Part shown: one piece after another, positions 29,517 through 39,355 of the stretch
Layout of the letters: every line of letters begins with the position of its first letter
Position numbering within the stretch: position 1 is the stretch's first letter
Assembly: GCA_034522155.1 (NCBI GenBank)
Contig: JAXHLP010000002.1
Span: 108,280-172,279, forward strand
DNA length: 64,000 nucleotides
Source of the DNA: Acidimicrobiales bacterium
GTDB taxonomy: Bacteria; Actinomycetota; Acidimicrobiia; Acidimicrobiales; Salinilacustritrichaceae
Direction of reading: 5' to 3'
Position numbers and translations under genes: made by a program
The notes under the pieces: generated by a model
Databases searched by the model: none
What the model was told of the DNA's origin: nothing
Seen by the model: only the letters and a program-made list of their open reading frames with translations

Positions 29517-31056
29517 CCTTGTTGGCCGACGTCGTCGCGACGTCGGCCCGGGTGGCGGGCACCACCAAGCGCACCGAGAAGAAGGCCGCGCTCGCCGAGC
29601 TGCTCGGCGACCTCGATCCCGACGAGGTCGAGGTGGTGGTCGGCTTCCTCACGGGCGAGGTCCGCCAGGGGCGGATCGGCATCGGTTGGGCGACCATCCG
29701 GGACCTGGAGGTCCCGCATGCCGACGAGGCCACCCTGACGGTCGCCGACGTCGATACTGCGGTCGACCGGCTGCAGGCCACGACCGGGGCTCGCAGTCGG
29801 CCCGCCACGACCAGCTCGCCGACCTGTTCGGTCGGGCGACTCCGACGAGGCGACTTCCTCGGCCGGCTGTTCGTGGCGAGCTCCGCACCGGCGCCTGGCG
29901 GGCGTGGTCACCGACGCCATCGCGTGGCGTCGGGGTGAAGCTCGACACGGTCCGGCGTGCCGCGATGCTCGCCGGCGACCTCGGCGTGGTGGCACGGCTT
30001 GCGTTGGTCGACGGCGCCGACGCCGTCGGCCAGGTCGGGCTGGAACCACTCCGTCCGGTGCAGCCGATGTTGGCTTCGACGGGCGAGTCGGTCGAGGCGG
30101 CGCTCGAGGAGACCGGTACGGCGAGCGTCGAGTGGAAGCTCGACGGCGCCCGCATCCAGGTCCACCGCGCCGCCGACGACGTCCGCATCTACACCCGCAA
30201 CCTCAACGACGTGACCGGCCGTCTTCCCGACATCGTCGAGACCGTGCGTGCCTTCGAGGCTGACTCCTTCGTCCTCGACGGCGAGATCCTCGGCTTCACG
30301 GGCCCCGACGAGTCGCCGCAGGCGTTCCAGGACACGATGAGCCGGTTCGGCCGCGACGAGGGGGCCGGATCTGCCTCGGGTCGGCAGGCCGGATCGAACC
30401 CGACCCGCCTGATGCCCCACTTCTTCGACCTGCTCCACCTCGACGGGGCCGACCAGATCGACGAATCGCTCCGGACCCGGCGCCAGCGCCTCGAGGTCCT
30501 CGTCGGTGTTCACCTCATCCCGGGAGAGATCACCGACGACGCTGCGGTCGCCCGACAGGTCCTCGACGACGCGCTGGACCGCGGGCACGAGGGCGTGATG
30601 GTGAAGGCCGCCGACAGCACCTACCAGGCCGGTCGGCGCGGCAAGTCCTGGCGCAAGGTGAAGCCGGTCCACACCCTCGACCTCGTCGTGCTCGGCGTGG
30701 AGTGGGGGAGCGGTCGGCGTCGGGGCTGGCTGTCGAACATCCACCTCGGTGCCATCGACCCGGACACCGGCGAGCCGGTCATGGTCGGCAAGACGTTCAA
30801 GGGCATGACCGACGAGATCCTCGAGTGGCAGACCGAGCGGTTCACCGAGCTGAAGACTGGCGAGGACGGCCACACGGTGTGGGTGCGGCCCGAGCAGGTG
30901 GTGGAGATCGCGCTCGACGGTGCGCAGACCTCGACCCGCTACCCGGGCGGCGTCGCCCTGCGCTTCGCCCGCGTGAAGCAGTACCGCCACGACAAGACAC
31001 CCGCCGAGGCCGACACCCTCGACGCCGTACGGGAACTCCTCCCCGGCAACCACTGA
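29513..31056 (+). pseudogene. ATP-dependent DNA ligase (LigB-type), N-terminal domain frameshifted as sequenced
   Basis: GTG 29513 overlaps the ung stop (GTGA). Adenylation motif I is KLDGARIQVH, and the adenylation and OB-fold domains are intact from about 29937 to 31056. The 29788-29936 interval needs about seven 1-nt corrections to keep the ligase-like sequence in frame. Confidence 0.85.
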
Positions 31057-31079
31057 CCCGAACGAGGGGATCTGACACG

Positions 31080-32315
31080 ATGTCAGGTATGAGCGCGCCG
31101 TCCGTCACCGTCAGCACCCTGGACACGCCGTCGATCGTCGACACCCTCGGCTACCGGCCCTTCGACGCCGACAACCACTACTACGAGGCGACCGACTGCG
31201 TGACCCGCCACCTCGATCCGCGCCACGCCGCCCGCGTGTTCCAGTGGTCCGAGATCGACGGCCGCACCTACCCCGTCATCGGCGGGAAGGTGTTCCGCGG
31301 CGTCAAGAACGCCACCTTCGATCCGGTGGCCCCACCCGGCGTGCTGGCCGACTACTTCCGCGGCAACCCCAACGACGACGACCCGCTCGAGCTGCTGAGC
31401 CGCCACGAACCCATCCGGCCCGAGTACCGCGACCGCGACGCGCGGCTGGCGACCATGGACGAGCACGGGCTCGAGCGGGTCTGGCTGTTCCCGACGCTCG
31501 GGATGATCTACGAGGAGCCGTTGCGCCACGACCCCGAAGGCGTCGCGCTGATGTTCACCGCGTTCAACCGCTGGCTCGAGGAGGACTGGGGCTTCGCCCA
31601 CCAGGACCGGATCTTCGCCGGGCCCTACATCCCCCTCGTCGACGTCGACTGGGCGTGCCGCGAGCTCGAGTGGGCCCTCGACCACGACGCCCGCACCATC
31701 GTCATGCGCCCGGCCGCGCCGACCACGGCACAGGGCCAGGTACCGCCCACCGATCCGATGTTCGACCCGTTCTGGGCCCGCATGAACGAGGCCGGGGTCA
31801 CGCTCGTCGTCCACGCCGGCGACGCGGGCTACACCAGCCACGGCTACGCCCGCGACGGCTTCACCACCGACTTCAGCGGCGTGCCCCAGCCGATCAAGAT
31901 GCTCCAGCTCGAGCGGCCGATCGAGGACTTCCTGTCATCGCTCGTCGGCGACAAGCTGTTCCACCGGTTCCCCAACCTCCGGGTCGCCAGCGTCGAGAAC
32001 GGCAGCAAGTACCTGGCCGGGCTGTTCGACCGTCTGCGCGTCGTTGCCGGCAAGATGGCCGGCTGGTTCCCCGAGGACCCGGTCGAGACCTTCCGTCGCC
32101 ACATCTGGATCAACCCGTTCTGGGAGGACCACATCGACGACGTCCTCGCCTGCATGGGTCCCGACCGGGTGATCTTCGGCAGCGACTGGCCCCACATCGA
32201 GGCCCTGCCCGAGCCACTGCAGTACGTGGCCGAGGTGTCGCACCTGTCCGAGGACGATCAGCGCAAGATCCTGCGTGACAACGTCCGGGAGCTGAACGAA
32301 CACCGCCCCGCCTGA
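31080..32315 (+). CDS. amidohydrolase-2 (ACMSD-like) family metal-dependent hydrolase
   Basis: ATG 31080 follows GAGGGGA. It carries FDADNHYYE at the N-terminus and VIFGSDWPH near the C-terminus. Confidence 0.8.
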   Translation: MSGMSAPSVTVSTLDTPSIVDTLGYRPFDADNHYYEATDCVTRHLDPRHAARVFQWSEIDGRTYPVIGGKVFRGVKNATFDPVAPPGVLADYFRGNPNDDDPLELLSRHEPIRPEYRDRDARLATMDEHGLERVWLFPTLGMIYEEPLRHDPEGVALMFTAFNRWLEEDWGFAHQDRIFAGPYIPLVDVDWACRELEWALDHDARTIVMRPAAPTTAQGQVPPTDPMFDPFWARMNEAGVTLVVHAGDAGYTSHGYARDGFTTDFSGVPQPIKMLQLERPIEDFLSSLVGDKLFHRFPNLRVASVENGSKYLAGLFDRLRVVAGKMAGWFPEDPVETFRRHIWINPFWEDHIDDVLACMGPDRVIFGSDWPHIEALPEPLQYVAEVSHLSEDDQRKILRDNVRELNEHRPA

Positions 32316-32332
32316 CGGGTAGGAAGGCGGTC

Positions 32333-33679
32333 ATGGCGACCGCCCTGCTGTGGTTCCGGCGCGACCTGCGCCTGTCCGACAATCCCGCCCTCGTCGAGGC
32401 CGTACGGTCGGCCGACGAGGTCGTCGGGGTCTTCTGCCTCGACGACCGGTTGCGTGGGAGCAGCGGCGACGTCCGGTTGGCCTACCTGTACCGCAGCCTC
32501 CGAGCCCTCGACGAGTCGATGGGCGGCGATCTGGTCCTTCGAGCCGGTGACCCGGTCGAGGTCATCCCCGAGCTGGCCCTCGAGATCGGCGCTGCCTCGG
32601 TCCACCTGGCCGAGGACTTCGGGCCATACGGGCGGGCACGCGACGAGGCGGTCGCGGCCGCGGTCTCCGACGCGGGCATCGAGTTCGTCCGGACGGGCAG
32701 CCCCTACGCGGTGGAACCGGGAACGGTCTTCACCAAGGGTGGGACGCCGTATCGGGTGTTCACCCCGTTCTCACGGGCGTGGCGTGACGCCGCCTGGGAT
32801 GCGCCGGTCCGCAAGCCGGCGTCGATCCCGTGGCGAAGCGTGCAGTCCGAGGCGATCCCCGAGGAGCCTGACCTGGGCGGTGTCGAGCTCGCCCGTGCCG
32901 GGGAGGACGCGGCGCGGAACCGGCTCGATCACTTCCTGGCCAGCAAGATCGCCGACTACCGCGACGCCCGGAACCGTCCGGGCGACGACGCGACGTCGCG
33001 GCTGTCGGCCGACCTGAAGTGGGGCGCGCTCCATCCCCGCCAGATCCTGGCCCGGCTCGACGGCACCGACGCCGAGCGCACGTTCGCCACCGAGCTGTGC
33101 TGGCGGGACTTCTACGCCGATGTGCTCTTCCACAACCCCTCGTCGGCCCGCACCTCGATGAACGCGCGCGTCGGATCGATGCCCTGGGACCGTGGCCCCG
33201 AGGCCGACGAGCGGTTCGAGGCCTGGACGTATGGGTGTACCGGCTTCCCGATCGTGGACGCCGGCATGCGCCAGCTGCTGGCCGAGGGCTGGATGCACAA
33301 CCGGGTGCGGATGATCGTGGCCAGCTTCCTGGTCAAGGATCTCCACCTCGACTGGCAGCGTGGGGCCCGATGGTTCATGCGCCACCTCGTCGACGGCGAT
33401 CTCGCGTCCAACCAGCACGGCTGGCAGTGGACCGCGGGCACCGGTACGGACGCCGCCCCCTACTTCCGGATCTTCAATCCGACGACCCAGGGCACCCGGT
33501 TCGACCCGGATGGGACCTACGTGCGTCGCTACGTGCCCGAGCTCGCGAACGTCGACGGTGGGGCGGTGCACGAGCCCGGAAAGCTCGACGGTGGAACGCC
33601 CGCGGGGTATCCCCATCCGATCGTCGACCACCACGAGGAGCGGGTGGAGTCCCTTCGCCGCTACGAAGCCGCCGGTTGA
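32333..33679 (+). CDS. phr: deoxyribodipyrimidine photolyase / cryptochrome family
   Basis: 448 aa. Motifs are LLWFRRDLRLSDNPAL, TGFPIVDAGMRQL and WMHNRVRMIVASFL. Confidence 0.9.
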   Translation: MATALLWFRRDLRLSDNPALVEAVRSADEVVGVFCLDDRLRGSSGDVRLAYLYRSLRALDESMGGDLVLRAGDPVEVIPELALEIGAASVHLAEDFGPYGRARDEAVAAAVSDAGIEFVRTGSPYAVEPGTVFTKGGTPYRVFTPFSRAWRDAAWDAPVRKPASIPWRSVQSEAIPEEPDLGGVELARAGEDAARNRLDHFLASKIADYRDARNRPGDDATSRLSADLKWGALHPRQILARLDGTDAERTFATELCWRDFYADVLFHNPSSARTSMNARVGSMPWDRGPEADERFEAWTYGCTGFPIVDAGMRQLLAEGWMHNRVRMIVASFLVKDLHLDWQRGARWFMRHLVDGDLASNQHGWQWTAGTGTDAAPYFRIFNPTTQGTRFDPDGTYVRRYVPELANVDGGAVHEPGKLDGGTPAGYPHPIVDHHEERVESLRRYEAAG

Positions 33680-33719
33680 CGAGCCCGAGGAGCGGCACAG
33701 GAGCGGCTCGGTGCTGGCG

Positions 33720-33746
33720 TTGGCACTCGGTAACATCGAGTGCCAG
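33720..33746 (+). promoter_or_regulatory. CIRCE operator (HrcA binding site)
   Basis: TTGGCACTC-N9-GAGTGCCAG compares with the consensus TTAGCACTC-N9-GAGTGCTAA. It lies 27 nt upstream of the hrcA ATG. Confidence 0.75.
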
Positions 33747-33772
33747 CCCACGTCGGACCGGGAGGTGAACAG

Positions 33773-34780
33773 ATGCTCGACGACCGCAAGGCGGCCATCC
33801 TTCGTGCGGTCGTGCAGGAGTACATCGAGACCGCGCAGCCCGTGGGGTCGGGACGCATCGCCGATGCCGAGGGCGTCGACGTGAGTTCGGCCACCGTCCG
33901 CAACGAGATGGCGACCCTCGAGACCGATGGGTACCTGGTCCAGCCCCACACCAGCGCGGGGCGCGTTCCCACCGAGAAGGGCTACCGCTACTTCGTCGAC
34001 ACCATCGGCGCGCCCCGCGCGCTGCGAGGCGAGCACGCCCGCCAGGTCAGCGCGTTCTTCCGGCGGGCGCACGGCGAGATCGAAGAGATGCTCGAGGCCA
34101 CCAGTCGGCTGCTGTCGGGCATCACCGACTGGACCGGCGTGGTCGTCCCCCCGCCCAGTACCGAGACGCCGCTTCGCTCCATCCACCTCGCGTCGTTGGC
34201 GCCGCGCCAGGCCCTCGCGGTGCTGGTCTACGCCGACGGGTCGGTGGAGAAGCACTCCGTGGAGTTCGACGCCGACACCGGCGAGGAGCGGGTGAACGCC
34301 GCATCGGCCCACCTCACTGCCCACCTCTCGGGTGTGGTGCGCAGCGGCCTGCCCGACAGCGTCACGCCGACGGGCGACACCGAGACCGATCGCATCACCG
34401 CCACCGCGCTCGATGTGCTGCGAGCCAGCGTCGAGCCCGACGCGCCGAGCGACGTCTTCGTCGGCGGCGCGTCCCGGGTGGCGTCGGCGTTCGACGCCGT
34501 GGAGACGGTGCAGGAGGTGCTCCACGTGCTCGAGCAGCACCTCGTCGTGGTCACGCTGCTTCGCGACGTCGTCGATCGTGGCCTCCAGGTGGCCATCGGC
34601 TCCGAGACCGGCATGGAAACGCTCGCCAGCGCGGCGCTGGTGGTCGCGCCCTACACCGTCGGCGGTGAGCGCGCCGGCTCCATCGGTGTGCTCGGCCCCG
34701 CCCGCATGGACTATCGAGAGGCCATGGCCGCCGTTACCGACGTGAGCAACCGCCTCGAAAACCATCTGACTGAAGGCTGA
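33773..34780 (+). CDS. hrcA: heat-inducible transcription repressor HrcA
   Basis: ATG 33773 follows GGAGGTG. The product begins MLDDRKAAILRAVVQEYIETAQPVGS. Confidence 0.93.
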   Translation: MLDDRKAAILRAVVQEYIETAQPVGSGRIADAEGVDVSSATVRNEMATLETDGYLVQPHTSAGRVPTEKGYRYFVDTIGAPRALRGEHARQVSAFFRRAHGEIEEMLEATSRLLSGITDWTGVVVPPPSTETPLRSIHLASLAPRQALAVLVYADGSVEKHSVEFDADTGEERVNAASAHLTAHLSGVVRSGLPDSVTPTGDTETDRITATALDVLRASVEPDAPSDVFVGGASRVASAFDAVETVQEVLHVLEQHLVVVTLLRDVVDRGLQVAIGSETGMETLASAALVVAPYTVGGERAGSIGVLGPARMDYREAMAAVTDVSNRLENHLTEG

Positions 34781-34783
34781 TCA

Positions 34784-35899
34784 ATGGCCGACTTCTACGA
34801 ACTGCTCGGCGTCTCCCGCGACGCGTCGCCCGAGGACATCAAGCGGGCGTACCGCAAGCGGGCGCGCGAGCTGCATCCCGACGCCAATCCCGCCGATCCC
34901 GAGGCGGAGCAGCAGTTCAAGGACCTCGCCCGGGCCTACGAGACGCTGAGCGACCCGCAGAGGCGTCAGCGCTACGACCGCTTCGGCGACACCGGCAACG
35001 GCCAGGGAGCCGGCGGCGACCCGTTCGGATTCGGCGGCGTCGGCGACATCTTCGACGCGTTCTTCGGCGACGCCAGCCCCTTCGGGGGTGGCCGTCGTGG
35101 CCCCAGCGGGCCACCGCGTGGTCCGGATCTCGAGGTCGTCACCGATCTCTCGTTCACCGAGGCCGTGTTCGGCACCCAGCACAAGGTCGACGTGCGCACC
35201 GCAGTGGCCTGCGACACCTGCGAGGCCACTGGCGCCAAGCCCGGTTCGGGCCCGTCGACCTGCTCGGAGTGCGGCGGTGCGGGTCAGGTCCGCCAGGTGC
35301 GCCAGTCGCTGCTCGGCCAGATGGTCACCACCGGCGCGTGCCCCCGCTGCGGCGGTGCCGGGCAGATGATCGACGATCCCTGTGACGACTGCTCCGGCGA
35401 GGGCCGTCGCCTCGAGGACAAGACCTTCACCGTCGACATCCCTCCGGGCGTCGACGCCGGCGCCACACTGCGCCTCCAGGGTCGGGGCGCGGTCGGCCCA
35501 CGTGGCGGCCCGGCCGGCGACCTCTACGTGGGATTCCGGGTCGAGCCCCACGACGTCTTCACCCGCGACGGTGTCGACCTGCACGCCGACCTCCACATCC
35601 CCGTGACCCAGGCCATCCTCGGCGCCGACGTCGGGTTCGAGACCCTCGACGGACTCGAGGAGATCCGGGTCCCGCCGGCGACGCCCACGGGTCACACCTT
35701 CCGGTTCCGTGGCAAGGGCGTGCCGGTCGTGAACCGGTCGGGACGCGGCGATCTCCATGTCCACGTCGTGATCGACCTTCCCCACGACCTCGACGAGGAG
35801 CAGGAGGAGCTCGTGCGCCGGCTCGCCGAGCTGCGCGACGAACCGGTCGGCAGCGAGGGTCACGGCTTCTTCTCCAAGCTGCGCACCGCGTTCAAGTGA
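34784..35899 (+). CDS. dnaJ: molecular chaperone DnaJ
   Basis: It has a J-domain (HPD), a G/F region and four CxxCxGxG zinc motifs. Confidence 0.95.
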   Translation: MADFYELLGVSRDASPEDIKRAYRKRARELHPDANPADPEAEQQFKDLARAYETLSDPQRRQRYDRFGDTGNGQGAGGDPFGFGGVGDIFDAFFGDASPFGGGRRGPSGPPRGPDLEVVTDLSFTEAVFGTQHKVDVRTAVACDTCEATGAKPGSGPSTCSECGGAGQVRQVRQSLLGQMVTTGACPRCGGAGQMIDDPCDDCSGEGRRLEDKTFTVDIPPGVDAGATLRLQGRGAVGPRGGPAGDLYVGFRVEPHDVFTRDGVDLHADLHIPVTQAILGADVGFETLDGLEEIRVPPATPTGHTFRFRGKGVPVVNRSGRGDLHVHVVIDLPHDLDEEQEELVRRLAELRDEPVGSEGHGFFSKLRTAFK

Positions 35900-36621
35900 C
35901 CGCGACGGCAGGGCTGTCGTCCGAGCCGCCGTCCGGGGCCACGGCCCACGTCCTCGTCGACGACGTCGACGATCCGATCCTCGACGAGGGGACCTGGCAC
36001 CACCTGCGTCGTGTGCGGCGCCTCGACCCCGGAACCCGCTGCACCATGACCGATGGAGCCGGATCGTGGCGGTGGTGTCGCCTCGGCGACGGGGTCCTCG
36101 AACCGGATGGCGACACGGTGGTCCTTTCGCCACCGACGCCACCGTTGACGGTCGCGTTCGCGTTGACCAAGTCCGCCAAGCCCGAACTGACGGTACAGAA
36201 GCTCACGGAGCTGGGCATCGACCACATCGTGCCGTTCCGGGCGTCACGGAGTGTGGTGCGCTGGGACGAGACCAAGGCCGCGTTCCACCACCGTCGGTGG
36301 ACCCAGATCGCGCGATCGGCCGTCGAGCAGTCCCGAAGGTGCTGGCTGCCCGACATCGAGCCGGTCACCGACGTCGACGACCTGGCCCGCCGGGGCGCAG
36401 TCCGTCTCGACCGCGACGGTCGGGCGCCGTCCCGGGCCGATACGCTGGTCGCGGTCGGTCCCGAGGGGGGCTGGAACCCCGAGGAGACGGCGCGGCTACC
36501 GGTCGCCGTCGGGGTTGGGACAACGGTTCTGCGGGCGGAGACCGCGGCGCTTACCGCAGGTGGACTGTTGGCCGCGCTCCGTAGTGGAATCGTGGCGCCA
36601 GCGACCGAATCCTCCACGTAG
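35896..36621 (+). CDS. rsmE: 16S rRNA (uracil1498-N3)-methyltransferase
   Basis: It overlaps the dnaJ stop. RsmE-like sequence includes VGPEGGW and TVLRAETAA. Confidence 0.88.
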   Translation: MTATAGLSSEPPSGATAHVLVDDVDDPILDEGTWHHLRRVRRLDPGTRCTMTDGAGSWRWCRLGDGVLEPDGDTVVLSPPTPPLTVAFALTKSAKPELTVQKLTELGIDHIVPFRASRSVVRWDETKAAFHHRRWTQIARSAVEQSRRCWLPDIEPVTDVDDLARRGAVRLDRDGRAPSRADTLVAVGPEGGWNPEETARLPVAVGVGTTVLRAETAALTAGGLLAALRSGIVAPATESST

Positions 36622-36746
36622 CGTGGAAAACCACCCAGGAGTGGCGAGCTGACCGGCGGTCGGCGGCCCTCGAGGGCCCTACCGTGATTGACGACCAGTG
36701 GCCAGGCAGTGGATGCGACTGGGGAGTCGGTACGGGGAGACGAAGC

Positions 36747-37277
36747 GTGGACGAAGCAGACGCGGACGAGGCGACGGACGACTACAGCCGTCGCGTCGGC
36801 GAGCGCTTGCGCGGCATCCGCCGCCAGAAGCGGTGCAGTCTGCACGACGTCGAACACGGCTCCGGCCAGGAGTTCAAGGCGTCGGTGCTCGGCGCCTACG
36901 AGCGTGGGGAGCGATCGATCTCGGTGCCCCGGCTCCAGCGCCTCGCCGAGTTCTACGACGTACCTGTCGACCAGCTGCTGCCGGTCGAGGACGCGGCCGA
37001 GGTCATCGACCTGACCGATCGGGCCATCGCCCGTCACGCCGAGACCCAGCTGGTCATCGATCTTCAGGTCCTCGTGGGCCTCACGGGAGCCGAAGGGGCG
37101 ATGTTGAACCGCTTCGTGCGAACCATCCAGGTCCAGCGCCAGGACTTCAACGGTCGGATGCTCACGATCCGCCGCGACGATGCCCGTGCCATCGCGTGCA
37201 TCCTCGGCGTGTCCACCGATCAGGTGGTCGACCGGCTCGACCGTCTCGGACTCACCAGCATCGGTTCCGCGGTCTAG
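36747..37277 (+). CDS. BldD-like XRE-family transcriptional regulator
   Basis: GTG 36747 follows GGGGAGA. The N-terminal HTH reads VGERLRGIRRQKRCSLHDVE..SVLGAYERGERSISVPRLQRLAEFYDVPV. The C-terminal segment RQDFNGRMLTIRRDD fits RXD-X8-RXXD. Confidence 0.7.
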   Translation: MDEADADEATDDYSRRVGERLRGIRRQKRCSLHDVEHGSGQEFKASVLGAYERGERSISVPRLQRLAEFYDVPVDQLLPVEDAAEVIDLTDRAIARHAETQLVIDLQVLVGLTGAEGAMLNRFVRTIQVQRQDFNGRMLTIRRDDARAIACILGVSTDQVVDRLDRLGLTSIGSAV

Positions 37278-37327
37278 GCCGACTCCCCGGCTCCACGCAC
37301 TCATGCACCGCACGCGAGGATGGTGCG

Positions 37328-38386
37328 GTGTTCGGCGTCTACGTCCACGTCCCGTTCTGCGCGTCACGGTGCGACTACTGCGCGTTCGCGACCTGGACCG
37401 ATCGCCACCACCTGATCGAGGACTACCTCCGGGCGCTCGCCACCGACATCGATCGAGCCGTCGACCAGGGGATGGCGCCGGCGACGTCGATCTTCGTGGG
37501 TGGGGGCACACCCAGCCTCGTGCCCGCCGAGGGTCTGGTCGGCGTGCTCGAACGCATCCCGCGGGTCGACGACGCCGAGGTCACCGTCGAGGCCAATCCC
37601 GACGCCGTCAGCGCAGAGTCGATCCGGACCTACGCCGACGGTGGCGTGACCCGGATGTCCTTCGGCGTCCAGTCGATGGACGACCATGTCCTCGCGTCGC
37701 TCGGCCGCACCCACGACCCCGACAACGTGCGCCGCGCCGTGACCTGGACACAGGACGCCGGTTTCGACACGTTCAACCTCGACCTGATCATGGGAGCCGC
37801 GGGCGAGTCGGCTGCGAGTTGGGCCCGAACTCTCGACGCCGTCCTCGACCTCGGACCGCCCCACATCTCTGCGTACGGCCTCACCGTCGAGCCCGGCACG
37901 CCCCTGGCTGCTGACGATTCGCGCCACCCAGACGACGACGACCAGGCGACCAAGTACCTGCGCACCGTGGAGGTGCTCGGAGCAGCCGGCTACGACTGGT
38001 ACGAGGTGTCGAATTGGGCACGACCCGGCCACGAGTGTCGCCACAACCGTCTCTACTGGGATGCCGGCGAATACGTCGGCTTCGGGTGCGCGGCCCACAG
38101 TCACCGCGCCGGCCGGCGGTGGTGGAACCTCCGCACGCCCGAGCGCTACATCGACGCCGTGCGCGACGGTCGTTCGACCGAGGCCGCGGGCGAGACCCTC
38201 GATGGGGAGACCCGCCGCCTCGAGGCGCTCCAACTGGCGCTGCGGACACGCGACGGCGTACCGGCCCAGGCGCTCGATCTCGACGATCCGGCGCTGCGCG
38301 GGCTCGTCGAACCCGTGGACGAGCGGCTCGTCCTCACCCCGGAGGGCCGCCTGCTGGCCAACGAGGTCGCCATCCGCCTCCGGTGA
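37328..38386 (+). CDS. hemW: radical SAM heme chaperone HemW (oxygen-independent coproporphyrinogen oxidase-like)
   Basis: GTG 37328. It has the CASRCDYC cluster motif and a HemN_C-like tail. Confidence 0.88.
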   Translation: MFGVYVHVPFCASRCDYCAFATWTDRHHLIEDYLRALATDIDRAVDQGMAPATSIFVGGGTPSLVPAEGLVGVLERIPRVDDAEVTVEANPDAVSAESIRTYADGGVTRMSFGVQSMDDHVLASLGRTHDPDNVRRAVTWTQDAGFDTFNLDLIMGAAGESAASWARTLDAVLDLGPPHISAYGLTVEPGTPLAADDSRHPDDDDQATKYLRTVEVLGAAGYDWYEVSNWARPGHECRHNRLYWDAGEYVGFGCAAHSHRAGRRWWNLRTPERYIDAVRDGRSTEAAGETLDGETRRLEALQLALRTRDGVPAQALDLDDPALRGLVEPVDERLVLTPEGRLLANEVAIRLR

Positions 38387-38413
38387 GCGACCGCACGACG
38401 CTGGCGGCCGACA

Positions 38414-39355
38414 TCAGCGGCTCGGTACGAGGCGCGGGACCCCCGGCGCCTCCGGTGCCGGGGGCGGAGTCGGGAGCTCGAACACCTGGCCGGCCATGAT
38501 CACGTCGGGGTCGCCGGGATCGACGAGCCGGTCGCGGTTGTGCGCCACCAATGCCCGCCAGAACGGGTCGATCTCGACGTCGGTGACCGGACGGCCCCAC
38601 GCGTCGGCGAGGACGTCGGCGGCGATCGACCAGAACGACTCGCCGCGGTCGACCCGCCAGGTGGTCGAGCCGGCGAGCACGTCGGGGATGGTGGGGGCGG
38701 ATGCGTCGCGAGGATGGTCGGCCGCCCCGTCCGGGGCCGTGTCGTCCGGGGCCGTGTTGTCCGGGGCCGTGTCGTCCGGCGCTCCGGTGGTCGGGGCCGT
38801 GTTGGTCGGTTCGTGGGGCGGTTCGTCGGCGTCGTCGGGTGCCGATGGCGAGGGTGCCGGCCGTGGCGTCATCGACGCCGTCCCGGCGTCGTCGGCCGGC
38901 GGAACGGTCGGCTCGACGGTGTCGGCCGGCTCCTCGGTGAGCTCGGTGCGGGGTTGCATCCACGCCGTGGACTCCGGCGCGGGCTCGGGGTCGGTGCCGG
39001 CCGCGGTGGCGGTGAGCAGCCCGACGCCCAACCCGGCGTGCACCAGCCGGCGGGACCCAGGCAGGGCCACGGCGTCGGCGATGCGCCCCACGCCGCGGGA
39101 ACGCGACCGGGCCGCCGCGAGCTGCAACAGGCTCGAGGCGAGCAGATACCAGACCGTCAGCTCGACGCCGATGCGGAGCAGGGCCACCGCCGAGGTCGCG
39201 GCGCCGCCGTCCTCGGCCCAGGTGACGAGCGCGCCGAGCGAACCGAGCGGCGGGGCTGCCAGGTCGCGGGTGCCCATGAGGTGCAACGTCGCCCCGGCGG
39301 CGAAGAGCAGGAGCAGCCAGGCCGCGGCGCGGGGCGTGCCCGTTGCCGATCTCAT
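38414..39355 (-). CDS. membrane protein with C-terminal LysM-like domain
   Basis: ATG 39355 overlaps the stop of the upstream gene (ATGA at 39352-39355). It has three predicted TM helices, a Pro/Asp-rich linker with TAPDD repeats, and WRVDRGESFWSIAADVL..IMAGQVFELP. Confidence 0.6.
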   Translation of the reverse strand: MRSATGTPRAAAWLLLLFAAGATLHLMGTRDLAAPPLGSLGALVTWAEDGGAATSAVALLRIGVELTVWYLLASSLLQLAAARSRSRGVGRIADAVALPGSRRLVHAGLGVGLLTATAAGTDPEPAPESTAWMQPRTELTEEPADTVEPTVPPADDAGTASMTPRPAPSPSAPDDADEPPHEPTNTAPTTGAPDDTAPDNTAPDDTAPDGAADHPRDASAPTIPDVLAGSTTWRVDRGESFWSIAADVLADAWGRPVTDVEIDPFWRALVAHNRDRLVDPGDPDVIMAGQVFELPTPPPAPEAPGVPRLVPSR

